Positions 38,927-49,917 of a stretch of 64,000 nt of DNA are shown piece by piece; the first letter of the stretch is position 1, and every line of letters starts with the position of its first letter. The position numbers and the translations under genes were made by a program. Source of the DNA: an uncultured Candidatus Rokubacteria bacterium (GTDB lineage: Bacteria > Methylomirabilota > Methylomirabilia > Rokubacteriales > CSP1-6); the NCBI GenBank assembly GCA_963789955.1, contig CAWBMV010000022.1, positions 544,001 through 608,000 on the forward strand. Reading direction: 5' to 3'. Under the pieces are notes generated by a model, which was not told the DNA's origin, made no database searches, and saw only the letters and a list, made by a program, of their open reading frames with translations.

Positions 38927-40523
38927 TCAGAGGCCCGACGCGTCGACCAGGCCCGCGACGTCGTTGACATTGACCCAGCCGCCCCGACCGTAGACCACCC
39001 GCACGGAGTGCCCGGCGGCGAGGACCCGGTTCAGCAGATCTCTGAGGGCCGCGCGGGCGGAGGCTGTCGTCGGCACGCGCCGCGCGAATGGCGTCCACGA
39101 GCCAGACAGCGCCGTCGCGGCCGAGATGCATGAGCCCGATCCACACCCCGTGGCTTTCCGCCGGCATCACGGCATCGCCGACGGCGCGCAGGCGTGTCTC
39201 GTCGAAGCTGAAACGGCCGCTGTCGGCACGATCGGCGAGGACGCGGTCGGTGTCGGCGGTGCCGGCGAGCGCGCTGTCCACGGCGAGCGTGATTCCGTCT
39301 CCCGCCTCCTCGAGCAGCGCCTGGATGATGTGACGCTTCAGCACGATGTCGCCGAACGAGATCAAGGTGCCCGGGCCGAGGTCGGCCTCGGTGAGCGACA
39401 GCGAAAACGCTTCGCCCGTCGATGCGAAGTCCGCATTGTCGACGAAGCGCGCGCCCGGCACGTCGATGGCCTCGGCGCGATGGCCGCGCACGACGACGGC
39501 GTTGCGGCCGCCGAACGCGGCGAAATCGTCGAGGAGCCGGGCCAGGATGGGCCGGCCCTGTACTCTGAGCATCGCCTTGGGGACGCGCGCCGTGAGCCCG
39601 CCGAAGTCCGTGCCCTCGCCGGCCGCCAGCACGACGGCCGAGAGCGATTCGCGCGCCGGCAAGTAGCGCCGCTCGGCCTCGGCCAGCTCGGCGTCGCCCT
39701 GCAGCCGGAACACCTCGTGGAGCGGTGCCACCTGCGGCTCGACGGCCAGGAGCGAGTCGTCCGCGCGAAGGCGGCGCGCCGTCGCCTGCATCGCGGTGAT
39801 CGAAGCCCTCAGCAGATGGTTCGCCCAAATCACCGTGCTGACCCGCCGCGCGCGGAAGTCCTCGGTCGAGGTGCGCCAGTAGGTGGTCGGGACGAGCACC
39901 ACGGGTGAGCGGTTGCCCCATTCCTCGAGGAACGCGAAGATCTCTGCCGGGCTCGACTGACGCGAGTGGATCAGGATCGCGTCGGCGCCGGCCGCGTGGT
40001 AGGCCTCGGCGCGCTTGAGCGCCTCCGGAAGACCCCAGCCCGCGATCAGCGCTTCCACGCGGGCGATCAGCACGAAATCGGCATCGCGCTGGCTGTCCTT
40101 GCCCGCCTTGATCTTGCCGCAGAATTCCCCGATGTCGGCGAGCGGCTGGAGCTCCGAGCGCAGGAACGAGTTGGTCTTCGGGAAGAGCTTGTCCTCGATC
40201 ACCACGCCGGCCACGCCGACCTGCTCCAGCTTCCGGACGAGGCGGCGCATGTTGTTGAAGTTGCCGTAGCCGGTATCGCCGTCGAGCAGCACCGGCACCG
40301 CGCACGCCTCGGCCATGAACGCGACGTGATCGACGACCTGCGTCCAGCTGAGCTCGTTGTTGTCGCGGACGCCGAAGGAGGCGGACAAGGTGAGCCCGCT
40401 CGCCCAGATTCCCTCGAAGCCCGCTTCCTCGGCGACGCGCGCGGAGAGCCCGTCATGGGCTTCCATCAGGAATGCGATCTCGGGGCGGGTGACCAGGCGC
40501 CGGAGCTCGGTGGTGGTGCGCAT
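38927..40523 (-). CDS. pepM: Phosphoenolpyruvate mutase fused to a C-terminal NTP-transferase domain (frameshift near 39050)
   Basis: [21 protein letters not shown], diagnostic [10 protein letters not shown] (EDK-X5-NS), [14 protein letters not shown]; then LAAG.G..PK and GDIV NTP-transferase motifs. Confidence 0.93.
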
Positions 40524-40540
40524 GGGGTGATGGCCCTCCG

Positions 40541-41707
40541 TTACGCTCGAATGGTCGCTCGGAAGCGATCGCGGAGCTCGTGCGGTGTGTAGGGGATGCG
40601 GGGGACCGACGCTTCCTCCGTGGTTACTTTCGCCAGAATGAAGTGCGGGCCGTCGCTCTCGAGCGCCGTCCGCACCGCTCCGGTGATCGCGTCGGCGGCG
40701 GTCACGGAGGCCACGGTCCGGTAGCCGGCCGCGGCGGCCAGCCGGTCGAGTCGAATCTCGGCGCTGAGCGATCGCTGGCTGCCCGTCGAGCCATAGACCT
40801 CGTTGTCGAGGACGATGTGGACGAAGCGCCTCGGTTGCAGCGCCGCGACGAGCGGAAGGACGCCGAGGTTCATCAACAGATTCCCGTCGCCGTCGAGCAC
40901 GACGGTCGCCCGGTCGCGGTCCGCGAGCGACAACCCGAGACCAATCGCCGAGGCCAGCCCCATGGAGCCGATCATGTAGAAATTCTCCGGCCGGTCGCCC
41001 AGCGAGAAGGACTCGCGGCACATATATCCGTTCGCGTGGATCACGGGCTCGCGTCCGAGAGCCTTACGCACGGCGGCGATCGCGTCCCGTCTCGAGATCT
41101 GAGGCGTGAGGACCGGAGGCGTCGCGATCGGCCGCGGATCCGCGGGCGCCGTCGCGGTGCTCGCGCTCGGCCGAGTGGGGTCGGCCGCTCCGTGCCCAGC
41201 GTGGCCGATCTCGACAACTCCCGGCGGCACGAGGAGCGCGACCGGCTGCATCGCCCGGTCCATCGTCTCCACCGTCCAGGCGAGATCGGCCTCGAGCGTA
41301 TCGGCGCTGAGTACCCGATGCGGAATTCTGAGCAGCTCGAGCAGCCCGGGCGAGATCTCGCCGGTCAGGATGTGCTCGGGCGCGTCCTTGCCGAGATGAC
41401 CGCGCCAGGTGATCAGCAGCAGGGCCGGCAAGCCGTACATGAGCGCCAGCGAGGCGAGCGCATTGAGGCTGGTGCCGAGGCCGGAGTTCTGCATCAGGAC
41501 CGCGGGCCGTCGACCGGCGAACCACGCCCCGGCAGCCAGTCCAACCGCGACGTCTTCGCGCGGCACCGGAATATAGGGCAGGCGCGGGTGCGCCTGGAGC
41601 ACGGCGATCAGATCCTCGATCAGCGAGCAGGGCACGCCGGCGAAGAAGTCGAATCCCCGCCGTTCGAGGAGCAAGGCGAGCTCGGACCCGGCGACCGTCA
41701 CGGCCAT
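40541..41707 (-). CDS. ppd: Phosphonopyruvate decarboxylase (ThDP-dependent)
   Basis: [18 protein letters not shown]....[30 protein letters not shown]; directly upstream of pepM. Confidence 0.88.
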   Translation of the reverse strand: MAVTVAGSELALLLERRGFDFFAGVPCSLIEDLIAVLQAHPRLPYIPVPREDVAVGLAAGAWFAGRRPAVLMQNSGLGTSLNALASLALMYGLPALLLITWRGHLGKDAPEHILTGEISPGLLELLRIPHRVLSADTLEADLAWTVETMDRAMQPVALLVPPGVVEIGHAGHGAADPTRPSASTATAPADPRPIATPPVLTPQISRRDAIAAVRKALGREPVIHANGYMCRESFSLGDRPENFYMIGSMGLASAIGLGLSLADRDRATVVLDGDGNLLMNLGVLPLVAALQPRRFVHIVLDNEVYGSTGSQRSLSAEIRLDRLAAAAGYRTVASVTAADAITGAVRTALESDGPHFILAKVTTEEASVPRIPYTPHELRDRFRATIRA

Positions 41708-41782
41708 AAGTCTATCGCGGGCATACCGGCCGGCACCCACTTTGGGACTTGAGGCTTGTCAGGAGGCCCGGGACTCCCCAAA

Positions 41783-43511
41783 ATGGGCCTGATGAAAGAA
41801 GAGCGAGACACGACACCGCGAGCCGATCGGCTGACGATCGCTCGCGCCCTGCGCGAGATGGCCGGGCTGCTCGACGCCTCGGGTCAGGAGACTTTCAAGG
41901 CGCGCGCCTACGCGCGCGGCGCCGAGGTCCTCGAGCGCCTCGATGCCGATCTCGGTGAGCTCGTCGAGCGGCGCCGGCTCACGACCCTGCCGGGCATCGG
42001 CCCGGCGCTGGCCGCGATGATCACCGACCTCTACCGGACCGGCCGCTCGCAGACTCTCGAGGAGCAGCGGCAGCGCGTGCCGGCCGCCGCCGTCGAGCTG
42101 TCCAGGATCCCGCGTCTGGGGCTCGACAAGATCGCGGCGCTGCACGCCGCGCTCGGCATCCGAACGCTCGACGACCTCGAGGCGGCCTGCGTGGCGGGCC
42201 GCGTGCGCACCGTGAAGGGCATGAGCGAGAAGTCCGAGCGCCGGATCCTCGAGGCGATCCGCAAGCTCCGAGAGCCGCAAGCGCAGCGCGTGCTCCTGCC
42301 CGAAGCGCTCGCGACCGCCGAGGCGATGCACAACCACCTCGTGAAGGCGCCGGGCACGGGGAAGCGTCGAGGCCGCGGGGGACCTGCGCCGCTGGGACGA
42401 GTCGGTCGATCAGCTCTCGCTGATCGTCGCCGCGGACCAGCCGGCCGACACGATGAAGCACGCGCTCCGGGCGCCGCTGCTCGCCGAAGTGACCTCGCGG
42501 GGCAAGCAGGTGCTGGAGGGACGCTTGGCCAGCGGTCTGCCGCTGCGGGTTCAGATCGTCTCACCCTCCGCGTACGCCTCGACGTTGCTGAGGGCGACGG
42601 GCTCCGCGGCGCACGTCGAGCATCTCGAGCGACTGGCGCGCGAGCGCGGCGTGGAGCTCAGCGGTGAGAGCGAGGCCGACATCTACCGCGGGCTCGGGCT
42701 GCCGTTCATCCCGCCGGAGCTCCGCGAGGACCAGGGGGAGATCGAGGCGGCGCTCTCGGGCTCGTTGCCCGCCGATCTCGTCACCGCGGAGGATCTCAAG
42801 GGGCTCGTGCACTGTCATACCGTGTTCAGCGACGGCCAGCACACCGTCGAGGAGATGGCGCGGGCCGCCGATGCGCTGGGGATGGAGTACATGACCATCA
42901 CCGACCATTCGCCGGCGGCGGCCTATGCGGGCGGCCTCTCGATCGATCGGCTCAAGGCGCAGTGGGAGGAGATCGCGCGCGTCCAGGAGCGCGTGTCGGT
43001 GCGGCTCCTGCGCGGAACGGAATCCGACATCCTGGCCGACGGCAGCCTCGACTATCCCGACGCCATCCTCGAGCAGCTCGACGTGATCATCGCGAGCATT
43101 CACCGCCGCCATCGCATGAACGCGGACCAGATGACCGAGCGCCTGGTCCGCGCGATGGCGCTGCCGTGCTTCAAGATCTGGGGCCACGCGCTCGGGCGCC
43201 TGATCCTCTCCCGGCCGCCGGTCGAATGCCGCGTCGAGGAGGTGCTCGACGCGGCGGCCGCCGGCCGCGCGGCCGTGGAGATCAACGGCGATCCGAAGCG
43301 GCTCGACCTGCCGCCGCGCTGGCTCAAGGCCGCGCGCGAGCGCGGCCTCCGCTTCGTCGTCTCGACCGACGCGCACTCGGTGCCGGAGCTGCGCAACGTC
43401 CGCTACGGCACGGCCATGGCCCGCCGAGGCTGGATCGAGCGCGGCGAGGTGCTGAACACGCGGAGCGCCCAGGAGTTCGTCAAGCTGGTCGCGCCCACAG
43501 GCACGAGGTGA
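41783..43511 (+). CDS. polX: PolX-PHP fusion (family X DNA polymerase-like plus PHP exonuclease), non-canonical polymerase site (frameshift near 42360)
   Basis: FKARAY, LPGIG HhH, AGDLRR, TGS..H, IPPELRED.GE, PHP motifs HCHT, TDHS, GTESDI, GH, EING, STDAH. Confidence 0.9.
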
Positions 43512-44120
43512 GCCGGATCTTCCTGCTCTCGCCCGCCCACTGCGGCGGGCTCGCGCGCCCGGATGGTGCTGAGCGAGCGCGCGTCGTTCGACCTCGCCCA
43601 GCGCGTCCGCGTCGCGGGCGCTCCACTCGGCGAGGTCTTCTCGTTCCTGAGCGGTCTCTACTTTCGCGGCAAGCTGACCTACGCGCGCGCGTTCGCGAAC
43701 GCCGCGGACGGCCGCGCCGGGGTGTTCGTCATCACGCCGACCGACGGCCTGCGCCCGGCCGACGAGCCGGTCGATCTGGCGCGGCTCCGGCGCTTCGCGA
43801 CCGTCGACATCGCGGGTGACGATCCGCGCTATCGCGAGCCACTCGACCGCGACGCGCGACGGCTCGCCCGGCGGATCGGACCCGGCGGCGAGGTCGTGCT
43901 GCTCGGGAGCATCGCCACCGGGAAGTACGTCGAGCCGCTGCTGGCCGTGCTGGGCGAGCGGCTGCGCTTTCCGGCGGACTTCGTCGGCCGCGGCGACATG
44001 AGCCGCGGCGGGCTGCTGCTCCGCTGCGCGCGAGCCGGCACCGAGCTCACCTACGTCGGCGTGCGCGACGCCGTGCGCCGCGGGCCGCGACCGCCTCGGC
44101 TGCCGCCGCCGGTTCGATGA
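43508..44120 (+). CDS. Conserved-looking hypothetical protein between polX and ligD (frameshift near 43550)
   Basis: GTGA overlap with polX and ATGA overlap with ligD; IFLLSPA.C.G / F.FLSGLYFRGK..YA..F / VITP..GL / VLLGSIA.GKY / FVGRGDMSRGGLLL. Confidence 0.75.
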
Positions 44121-45082
44121 CTCGGGCCGGCGCCGGGCGCCCCCGCGCGGCGAAGCCGACCCGCCGCGTGATCCCGACCGACGTCGACACCGTCGAGCTG
44201 CGCGCCGGGCCGCGCTCGGTTCACCTGACCAATCTCCGCAAGCCGTTCTGGCCGGAGCTCGGCATCACCAAGGGCGACCTCTTGCAGTACTACGTCGACG
44301 TGTCGCCGGTGCTCCTGCCGCACCTGCACGACCGGGCCATGGTGATGAAGCGCTATCCCAACGGCGCCGCCGGCGATTTCTTCTTCATGAAGCGCGCGCC
44401 GTCGCCGCGGCCCGACTGGATCGAGACGTGCGCGATCGAGCACGAGTCGGGCAACGTGATCGATTTCCCGATCATCCAGGATCTTCCCGCGCTGCTGTGG
44501 GTCGTGAACCTCGGCTGCATCGACCTGAACCAGTGGTACGCGCGGTGCGACGATCCCGATCGGCCCGACTACCTGCACTTCGATCTCGATCCGGTGAAGG
44601 GGGCCACGTTCGCCCAGGTCAGCGAGGCCGCGCTGATCCTGAAAGAGACGCTCGACTCACTGAAGATGCCGAGCTATCCGAAGACCACCGGCTCGCGCGG
44701 CATCCACGTGTACGTGCCGATCGTCCGCGGGCCCACGCAGAAGGACGTGTGGTCGATCGCGAAGACGATCTCGATCTCGCTGGCCGGCTCGCACCCGCGC
44801 CTGCTCACCGCCGAATACCGGGTGGCCCGGCGGCCGACCGAGCGCGTGCTCGTCGACTACAACCAGAACGCCTGGGGCCGGACGCTCGCCTCGGTCTACT
44901 CCGTGCGCCCGCACCCGGCGGCCGCCGTGTCGACGCCGGTCGAGTGGTCGGAGATCGAGCGCGGCCTCCGGATCGAGGACTTCCGCATCGACAACGTGCC
45001 GGCGCGGGTGGCCGAGCGTGGCGACCTGTTCGCGCCGTTGCTGGCCACCCGGCGCCGGTTCAAGCTCGAGAGGCTGGCGTAG
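44117..45082 (+). CDS. ligD: Stand-alone LigD primase-polymerase (PolDom) domain, NHEJ-type
   Basis: LTNL.K.FWP..GITKGDL..YY, RYPNG..G.FFFMK, PD.LHFDLDP, KTTGSRGIHVYVP, VDYNQN, YSVRP, VSTP..W.E. Confidence 0.92.
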   Translation: MTRAGAGRPRAAKPTRRVIPTDVDTVELRAGPRSVHLTNLRKPFWPELGITKGDLLQYYVDVSPVLLPHLHDRAMVMKRYPNGAAGDFFFMKRAPSPRPDWIETCAIEHESGNVIDFPIIQDLPALLWVVNLGCIDLNQWYARCDDPDRPDYLHFDLDPVKGATFAQVSEAALILKETLDSLKMPSYPKTTGSRGIHVYVPIVRGPTQKDVWSIAKTISISLAGSHPRLLTAEYRVARRPTERVLVDYNQNAWGRTLASVYSVRPHPAAAVSTPVEWSEIERGLRIEDFRIDNVPARVAERGDLFAPLLATRRRFKLERLA

Positions 45083-45091
45083 GACCGGGGC

Positions 45092-45685
45092 TTACAGCAT
45101 CTCCTTGCGCGCCTTCTTGGCGCGCGCGGCCCCGATCGCGGTCTTCACTTCCCTTTCTTCCTCGGGCGGCGGCACCACGGCGGGCATGCCGAGCGACTCG
45201 ATCCACAGCTCGCGGCACCAGCCGGTGGAGTGATAGAGGTGCTCATCCTCTTCGTCCTCGACCTGCTCGCAGGCCGCCATGAGCGTCTGCCGCAGCTCAC
45301 CCTTCGACTTCTCGGCGATCTCGTGGATCAGCTCCCAGTTCAGGTGATCCTTCGTCTCGGCCTGCACGACGCTCTCGCACGCGACGAGCTGCGCGGCTTC
45401 CGGCGGACCGCCTTCGAGCGCCATTTCCATGGCTTCGACCAGTGACTCGCCGATCTGGCGCACGATCAGCTGGCCCGGCGTTTCCATCTCGGGATCGAGC
45501 CCGAGCTTGTCCATCACCGCGAGGACGATCCGCTCGTGGTTGCGCGTCTGTTCGAGGTACTCCTGCCATTCCTTCTTGAGGTCGTCGTTGAGGACACATT
45601 CGAGCGCCGTGGTGTACACCTCGATCCCGCCGCGCTCGGTCTCCAGCGCCTGATACAAGAGCTCAGCGATCTGTTCGTTCTTCAT
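45092..45685 (-). CDS. Ferritin-like (DUF892/YciF-type) di-iron protein
   Basis: ALETE.GG..VY, EQT.NH, AE.KDH.NW, E.EEDEH ExxH motifs; RBS AGGAGG. Confidence 0.75.
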   Translation of the reverse strand: MKNEQIAELLYQALETERGGIEVYTTALECVLNDDLKKEWQEYLEQTRNHERIVLAVMDKLGLDPEMETPGQLIVRQIGESLVEAMEMALEGGPPEAAQLVACESVVQAETKDHLNWELIHEIAEKSKGELRQTLMAACEQVEDEEDEHLYHSTGWCRELWIESLGMPAVVPPPEEEREVKTAIGAARAKKARKEML

Positions 45686-45733
45686 GGTTCCTCCTGGTCG
45701 AGCGACTTCGTCGTCAGCCGACCAGCCTCGTGC

Positions 45734-45750
45734 TGGCAAAGGTTGTGCCG
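45734..45750 (-). promoter_or_regulatory. Sigma54 (-24/-12) promoter of the ferritin-like gene
   Basis: Minus strand CGGCACAACCTTTGCCA = GGCAC-N5-TTGC, about 50 nt upstream of ATG 45685. Confidence 0.6.
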
Positions 45751-45893
45751 CCGCGGTCGAGGCGTGCCGCTCACCGAGCGTTCGTCTGGCTTTTCGTGCG
45801 CTCTGGAGCGCGGAGGAGGGGCCGAGCCCGATGCCGTGACGCGCGCATCGGCCGCGCGGGTCTACCCGGTCCGGCAAAGTTACCGGGTAATCG

Positions 45894-46772
45894 TTACGCC
45901 TTCCCGAGCGCGCCGACCCAGCGGACGAGGAGGTCGGCCAGCTCGCGCTCGTGTCCCTGAAAACCATGACGGGCCCGCGCGACGACGGTGCCGGTGAAGG
46001 ATCGGGCGCGCACCGCGTTTCGGCGAAACGCCTGGATGACCTCGGGCGCCGGGCGGTCGAGAAACTCGTCGCGGCTTCCGAGGATCGCGGCGACCGGGAG
46101 CCGCACGGCTCGGAACGTCGTCCACCGGGCGTTGTCCCGGTAGTACGGAAACACGTCCTCGACCTCGCCCGGACGGTAGAGGCTGATGTAGCGCCGGGCG
46201 CTCCAGAAGCCCCACGCCGGCGGGACGAGGCCGTCGGGGTCGCGCCGGGCGATCCGCTCGGCCGTGGTCACCCGGCGACGCAGCTCGCGCCCGCCGACTC
46301 GCTTGGCCTCGGCCGCCACGTCGGAGACCGGCCCGATGAGCACGATCCCGCTGACCCGCCGATCGCGGGCGCGGGCCGCGTAGTGCAGGACCTTGTTGGC
46401 GCCGGTGGAGTGGCCGGCCAGGACGATCCGTCGGTAGCCGCACTGCCGCACGAAGGCGACCGTCGCGCGGATGTCCGCGACGCTCTGCGTGAAGCGCTCG
46501 AACGCGGCACCGGCGAGATGTCGGCCCCGGCCGGCCACGACGTCGTGGCCGCGGTTGTTCAGCTTGAAGTAGGCGATGCCCGCGGCGTTGAGGCGTGTCG
46601 ACAGCTCCCGCGTGAGCGGCTGGCCCGAGGAGAACACCGACCCGAGGCCGTGCACCCACACGACGGCCGCGCGGCGACGGCCCCGAGGCTCGGCGACCAC
46701 GCCGTCGAGCCAGACGCCGTCTCGGGTCGCGATCCGGACGAGTGAGACGGGAACGCCGACCGATCGAGGCAT
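45894..46772 (-). CDS. Alpha/beta hydrolase (DUF1749-like)
   Basis: T.DG..LDG, VHGLGS, NNRGHD, GHSTGA, GS.DE, ARHGF. Confidence 0.8.
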   Translation of the reverse strand: MPRSVGVPVSLVRIATRDGVWLDGVVAEPRGRRRAAVVWVHGLGSVFSSGQPLTRELSTRLNAAGIAYFKLNNRGHDVVAGRGRHLAGAAFERFTQSVADIRATVAFVRQCGYRRIVLAGHSTGANKVLHYAARARDRRVSGIVLIGPVSDVAAEAKRVGGRELRRRVTTAERIARRDPDGLVPPAWGFWSARRYISLYRPGEVEDVFPYYRDNARWTTFRAVRLPVAAILGSRDEFLDRPAPEVIQAFRRNAVRARSFTGTVVARARHGFQGHERELADLLVRWVGALGKA

Positions 46773-46821
46773 GTCGATCCGCAGTATAATCGGCCAGATT
46801 TTCCGGTGGGGAGGAAGAGCC

Positions 46822-48102
46822 ATGCTGACCCACGAAGAGAACGAGCTCATCACCCGCATCGAGCCCGGAACGCCCATGGGCAACACCTTGCGGCGTTACT
46901 GGATCCCGGCGTTGCTCGCCTCGGAGCTGCCGGCCCCCGATTGCCCGCCCGTCCGGGTGAGGCTTATGGGTGAGGACCTGGTGGCCTTCCGCGACACGGA
47001 CGGCCGCATCGGTCTCCTCGAGGAGCTCTGCCCGCATCGCCGGGCCTCGCTCTTCTTCGGCCGGAACGAGGAATGCGGTCTGCGCTGCGTCTACCACGGC
47101 TGGAAGTTCGACGTCTCCGGCCGCTGCGTGGACATGATGAACGAGCCGGAGGAGCTCAGCTTCAAGCACAAGATCCGCCAGCCGTCGTATCCGACGGTCG
47201 AGATCGGCGGGATCGTCTGGGCCTACATGGGTCCGTCGGAATTGCAGCCGCCGCTGCCGAAGTTCGCCTGGACGCAGGCGCCGGCCACGCACCGGCACGT
47301 GTCGAAGGTGGTCGAGGAGTGCAACTGGCTCCAGGCGCTCGAAGGCGGCATCGACACGTCGCACGCGCCGATCCTGCACCGTCTGCTCGTACCGAATTCC
47401 AAGCGCGGCGGGCTGAACCCCACGAGCGCGTTCGTGCGCGGCAAGGCGCCGTCGCTGGTCGTCGACCTGACGGACTGGGGCTATCAGTACTCGGGCATCC
47501 GGCCGCTCGGCGAGGCCGAGATGCACATTCGCACCTATCACTTCGTGATGCCCTTCCATCAGATTCGCCCGTACCAGACGCATCAGGGCTTTCCCGCGGT
47601 CGCCGGCCACATCTGGGTGCCGATGGACGACGGCAACACGATGGTCTACAACTGGCACCACAGCACGACGGAAGAGCCGCTCGACGAAGAAGATCGGCTC
47701 GAGCGGCGCTCGGGCAACGGCCCGGTCCATGTCGATCAGACGACGTTCCGCTCGAAGGCGAATCGCCAGAACAACTATCTCCTGGACCGGCAGGTGCAGA
47801 AGACCGAGACGTTCACCGGGATCGACGGCATCAACACGCAGGACCGCGGGATCCAGGAAAGCATGGGGCGCATCGTCGATCGCAGCAAGGAGCACCTCGG
47901 ACCGGCCGACAAGGCGATCATCCAGGCCCGTCGCCTGCTGCTCGCGGCGGTGAAGACCGTCCGGGACGGCGGCACGCCGCGCGGGATCAATCCGACCTAC
48001 TATCCGCTGCGGGCCTCAGAGGGCGTCGTGCCGCGCGATGCCGACTGGCGCGAGATCCTGACGCCCGAGATGGCGTCGGCCGAGATCCTGAACACGGTCT
48101 AG
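46822..48102 (+). CDS. Rieske non-heme iron oxygenase alpha subunit (phthalate 4,5-dioxygenase/LigXa-like)
   Basis: MLT.EENE.ITR..PGTPMG..LRRYW; CPHR...CVYHGW Rieske; DTSH...LH iron site; QD..IQESMG, EHLG..D. Confidence 0.92.
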   Translation: MLTHEENELITRIEPGTPMGNTLRRYWIPALLASELPAPDCPPVRVRLMGEDLVAFRDTDGRIGLLEELCPHRRASLFFGRNEECGLRCVYHGWKFDVSGRCVDMMNEPEELSFKHKIRQPSYPTVEIGGIVWAYMGPSELQPPLPKFAWTQAPATHRHVSKVVEECNWLQALEGGIDTSHAPILHRLLVPNSKRGGLNPTSAFVRGKAPSLVVDLTDWGYQYSGIRPLGEAEMHIRTYHFVMPFHQIRPYQTHQGFPAVAGHIWVPMDDGNTMVYNWHHSTTEEPLDEEDRLERRSGNGPVHVDQTTFRSKANRQNNYLLDRQVQKTETFTGIDGINTQDRGIQESMGRIVDRSKEHLGPADKAIIQARRLLLAAVKTVRDGGTPRGINPTYYPLRASEGVVPRDADWREILTPEMASAEILNTV

Positions 48103-49453
48103 TTGGCCGCGACCGCCTGGCTAGGGCGCCGGCGCAGGATCACGGCGCTCGTGGCCGGCGCCGGAATGCTCCTCGCCGGGTGTGGAGCCGGGTCGTCCAT
48201 GCTCGTGCCCTACCAGTTCGTCGACGAGTCCTTCACGGCCGCCGGTCCGGCGCGCGTGTCGGCGAGCGCCGACCAGGTCGCCGCGGGTGTCGACGGCTCC
48301 ACGCTCGAGCCGGACGTCCGCTATCTCGCGGCCCCCGAGCTCCAGGGGCGGCTTCGCGGTACCGAGGGCAATGCCCGCGCCCGCGCGTACATCGTCGCCA
48401 GCTTGAAAGCGGCCGGCCTCGCGCCGCTCTTCGGTGACGGGTTCGAGCAGCCCACCTATCCGAACGGTCGCGATGCGGGGCCCTTCGCGGTCAACGTCGG
48501 CGCGATCTATCGCGCGAGCGACCCGCAGGCGCAGCTGGATCGTCCTCGTCGCGCACCACGATCACCGCGGCGTGGTCGGCGGCAAGATCCAGGCGGGCGC
48601 CGACGACAACGCGAGCGCCGTGGCCCTGCTCCTGGCCGTCGCGCACTCGCTGGGCCGCACGCGTCCGCCGCTCAGGCGCCACGTCGTGCTGCTCTTTCCG
48701 GATGCCGAGGAGCCGCCCGACGTCCGCACGGAGCGCATGGGGTCGTCGTGGTTCTGGCGCAACCCGCCGCTGCCGATCGAACGGCTCGACCTGGCGCTGG
48801 TGTTCGATCTGATGGGCGGCCGCGCGTCGCCCGAGGTTCGAGCCGCGGGGCTCGCGGATGCGCTGTTCGTCCTCGGCGCCGAGGCGGACCCGAGCCTGGC
48901 CGCGCTCGTGCGCGACGTCGTGCCCGCGCCGGGGGTCGAGCCCGTCAGGCTGAGCCTGCCGATGATCGAGGCGATGCCGTATCGGCCGGGCACTCGATTC
49001 GCGCGGAGCGACTATCACGGCTTGCGCGAGGCCGCACCGCGACCGTTTCTCTTCCTGTCGACCGGCCGGACCGAGAGGTATCACACCGCTTCCGACACGC
49101 CGGACACGGTGGACTACGATCGGCTGCGCGCCGTGACGCCGTGGGTGGCTCGGCTGGCGGTCCACGCGGCGGACGTCGATGTCGAGCTCGGGTGGCGCGA
49201 TCTTCGCGCCGCGCCACGAACGGACGCGCGCGCCCTGCTGAGACTCTATGGCGCACTCGATACGAGCGCGCGCCTGCCGTGGCTCCTACGCCGAGCGCTG
49301 GCGGCGGATCGCCGCCGAGTGGAGCGCCTGCTCGAGAGCTGGGAGCACGGCGTCAGCCCGACGGTGCAGAGCTATCGCGTGCTGCAGCTCGCGTCGATCC
49401 GCGTCCAGGCGGCGATGTGGCACCCTTCGGGGTGGTGGTTCGCGCTGTGGTAG
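48103..49453 (+). CDS. M28-family metallopeptidase, lipoprotein (frameshift near 48530)
   Basis: Lipobox LAGC; L.GR..GT.G; AHHDH, GADDNASAV, DAEE, DLMG, RSDY, YHT.SD. Confidence 0.85.
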
Positions 49454-49455
49454 GT

Positions 49456-49917
49456 CTACGCGGTCTGCGAGACCGCGATGGTGCAGGGCCGCGAGTGAAC
49501 GTTCTTGCTGGGCAGATGCCAGAGCTGTGTGCCCGAGAGTCGAAGACTCTTGCCGTCGAACTTGCCTCGATAGCTCGCCTCGTAGCTCCACGTCTGGCCC
49601 CCGGCGGAGCCCGTCAGCGACACTTCGCCGCTCGGCGCGACCGTGCCGGTTCCTCGTTCGGTGACTCCGAGACGTCCAGGAGTGGTCGGCTTCAGGACTT
49701 CGCGCTGGTACTCGACCTGACCATTGGCGACCGTCAGGTAGAACTCAGTCTTGAGCGCCTGGGCGGTCTGCCCGGGGAGCGCGTCGCACGTGATCATGCC
49801 CGTGTAGCGTCCGTCGTAGTCGGCGGCGCCTGCGGCGCGCGACTGCGAGACGTGCGCGACGGATGGCCAGCCGAGTGTGGCGATGCCAAGCAGCACGAGC
49901 ATGCGGCGTCGGTTCAT
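49456..49917 (-). CDS. Small exported hypothetical protein (beta-rich, two Cys)
   Basis: MNRRRMLVLLGIATLG signal; YDGRYTG.ITC...RPCTI. Confidence 0.6.
   Translation of the reverse strand: MNRRRMLVLLGIATLGWPSVAHVSQSRAAGAADYDGRYTGMITCDALPGQTAQALKTEFYLTVANGQVEYQREVLKPTTPGRLGVTERGTGTVAPSGEVSLTGSAGGQTWSYEASYRGKFDGKSLRLSGTQLWHLPSKNVHSRPCTIAVSQTA

Noticed and set aside
40541..41707. Sulfopyruvate decarboxylase (comDE) as an alternative call
   Set aside because: Adjacency to a PepM with EDK-X5-NS favours phosphonopyruvate decarboxylase
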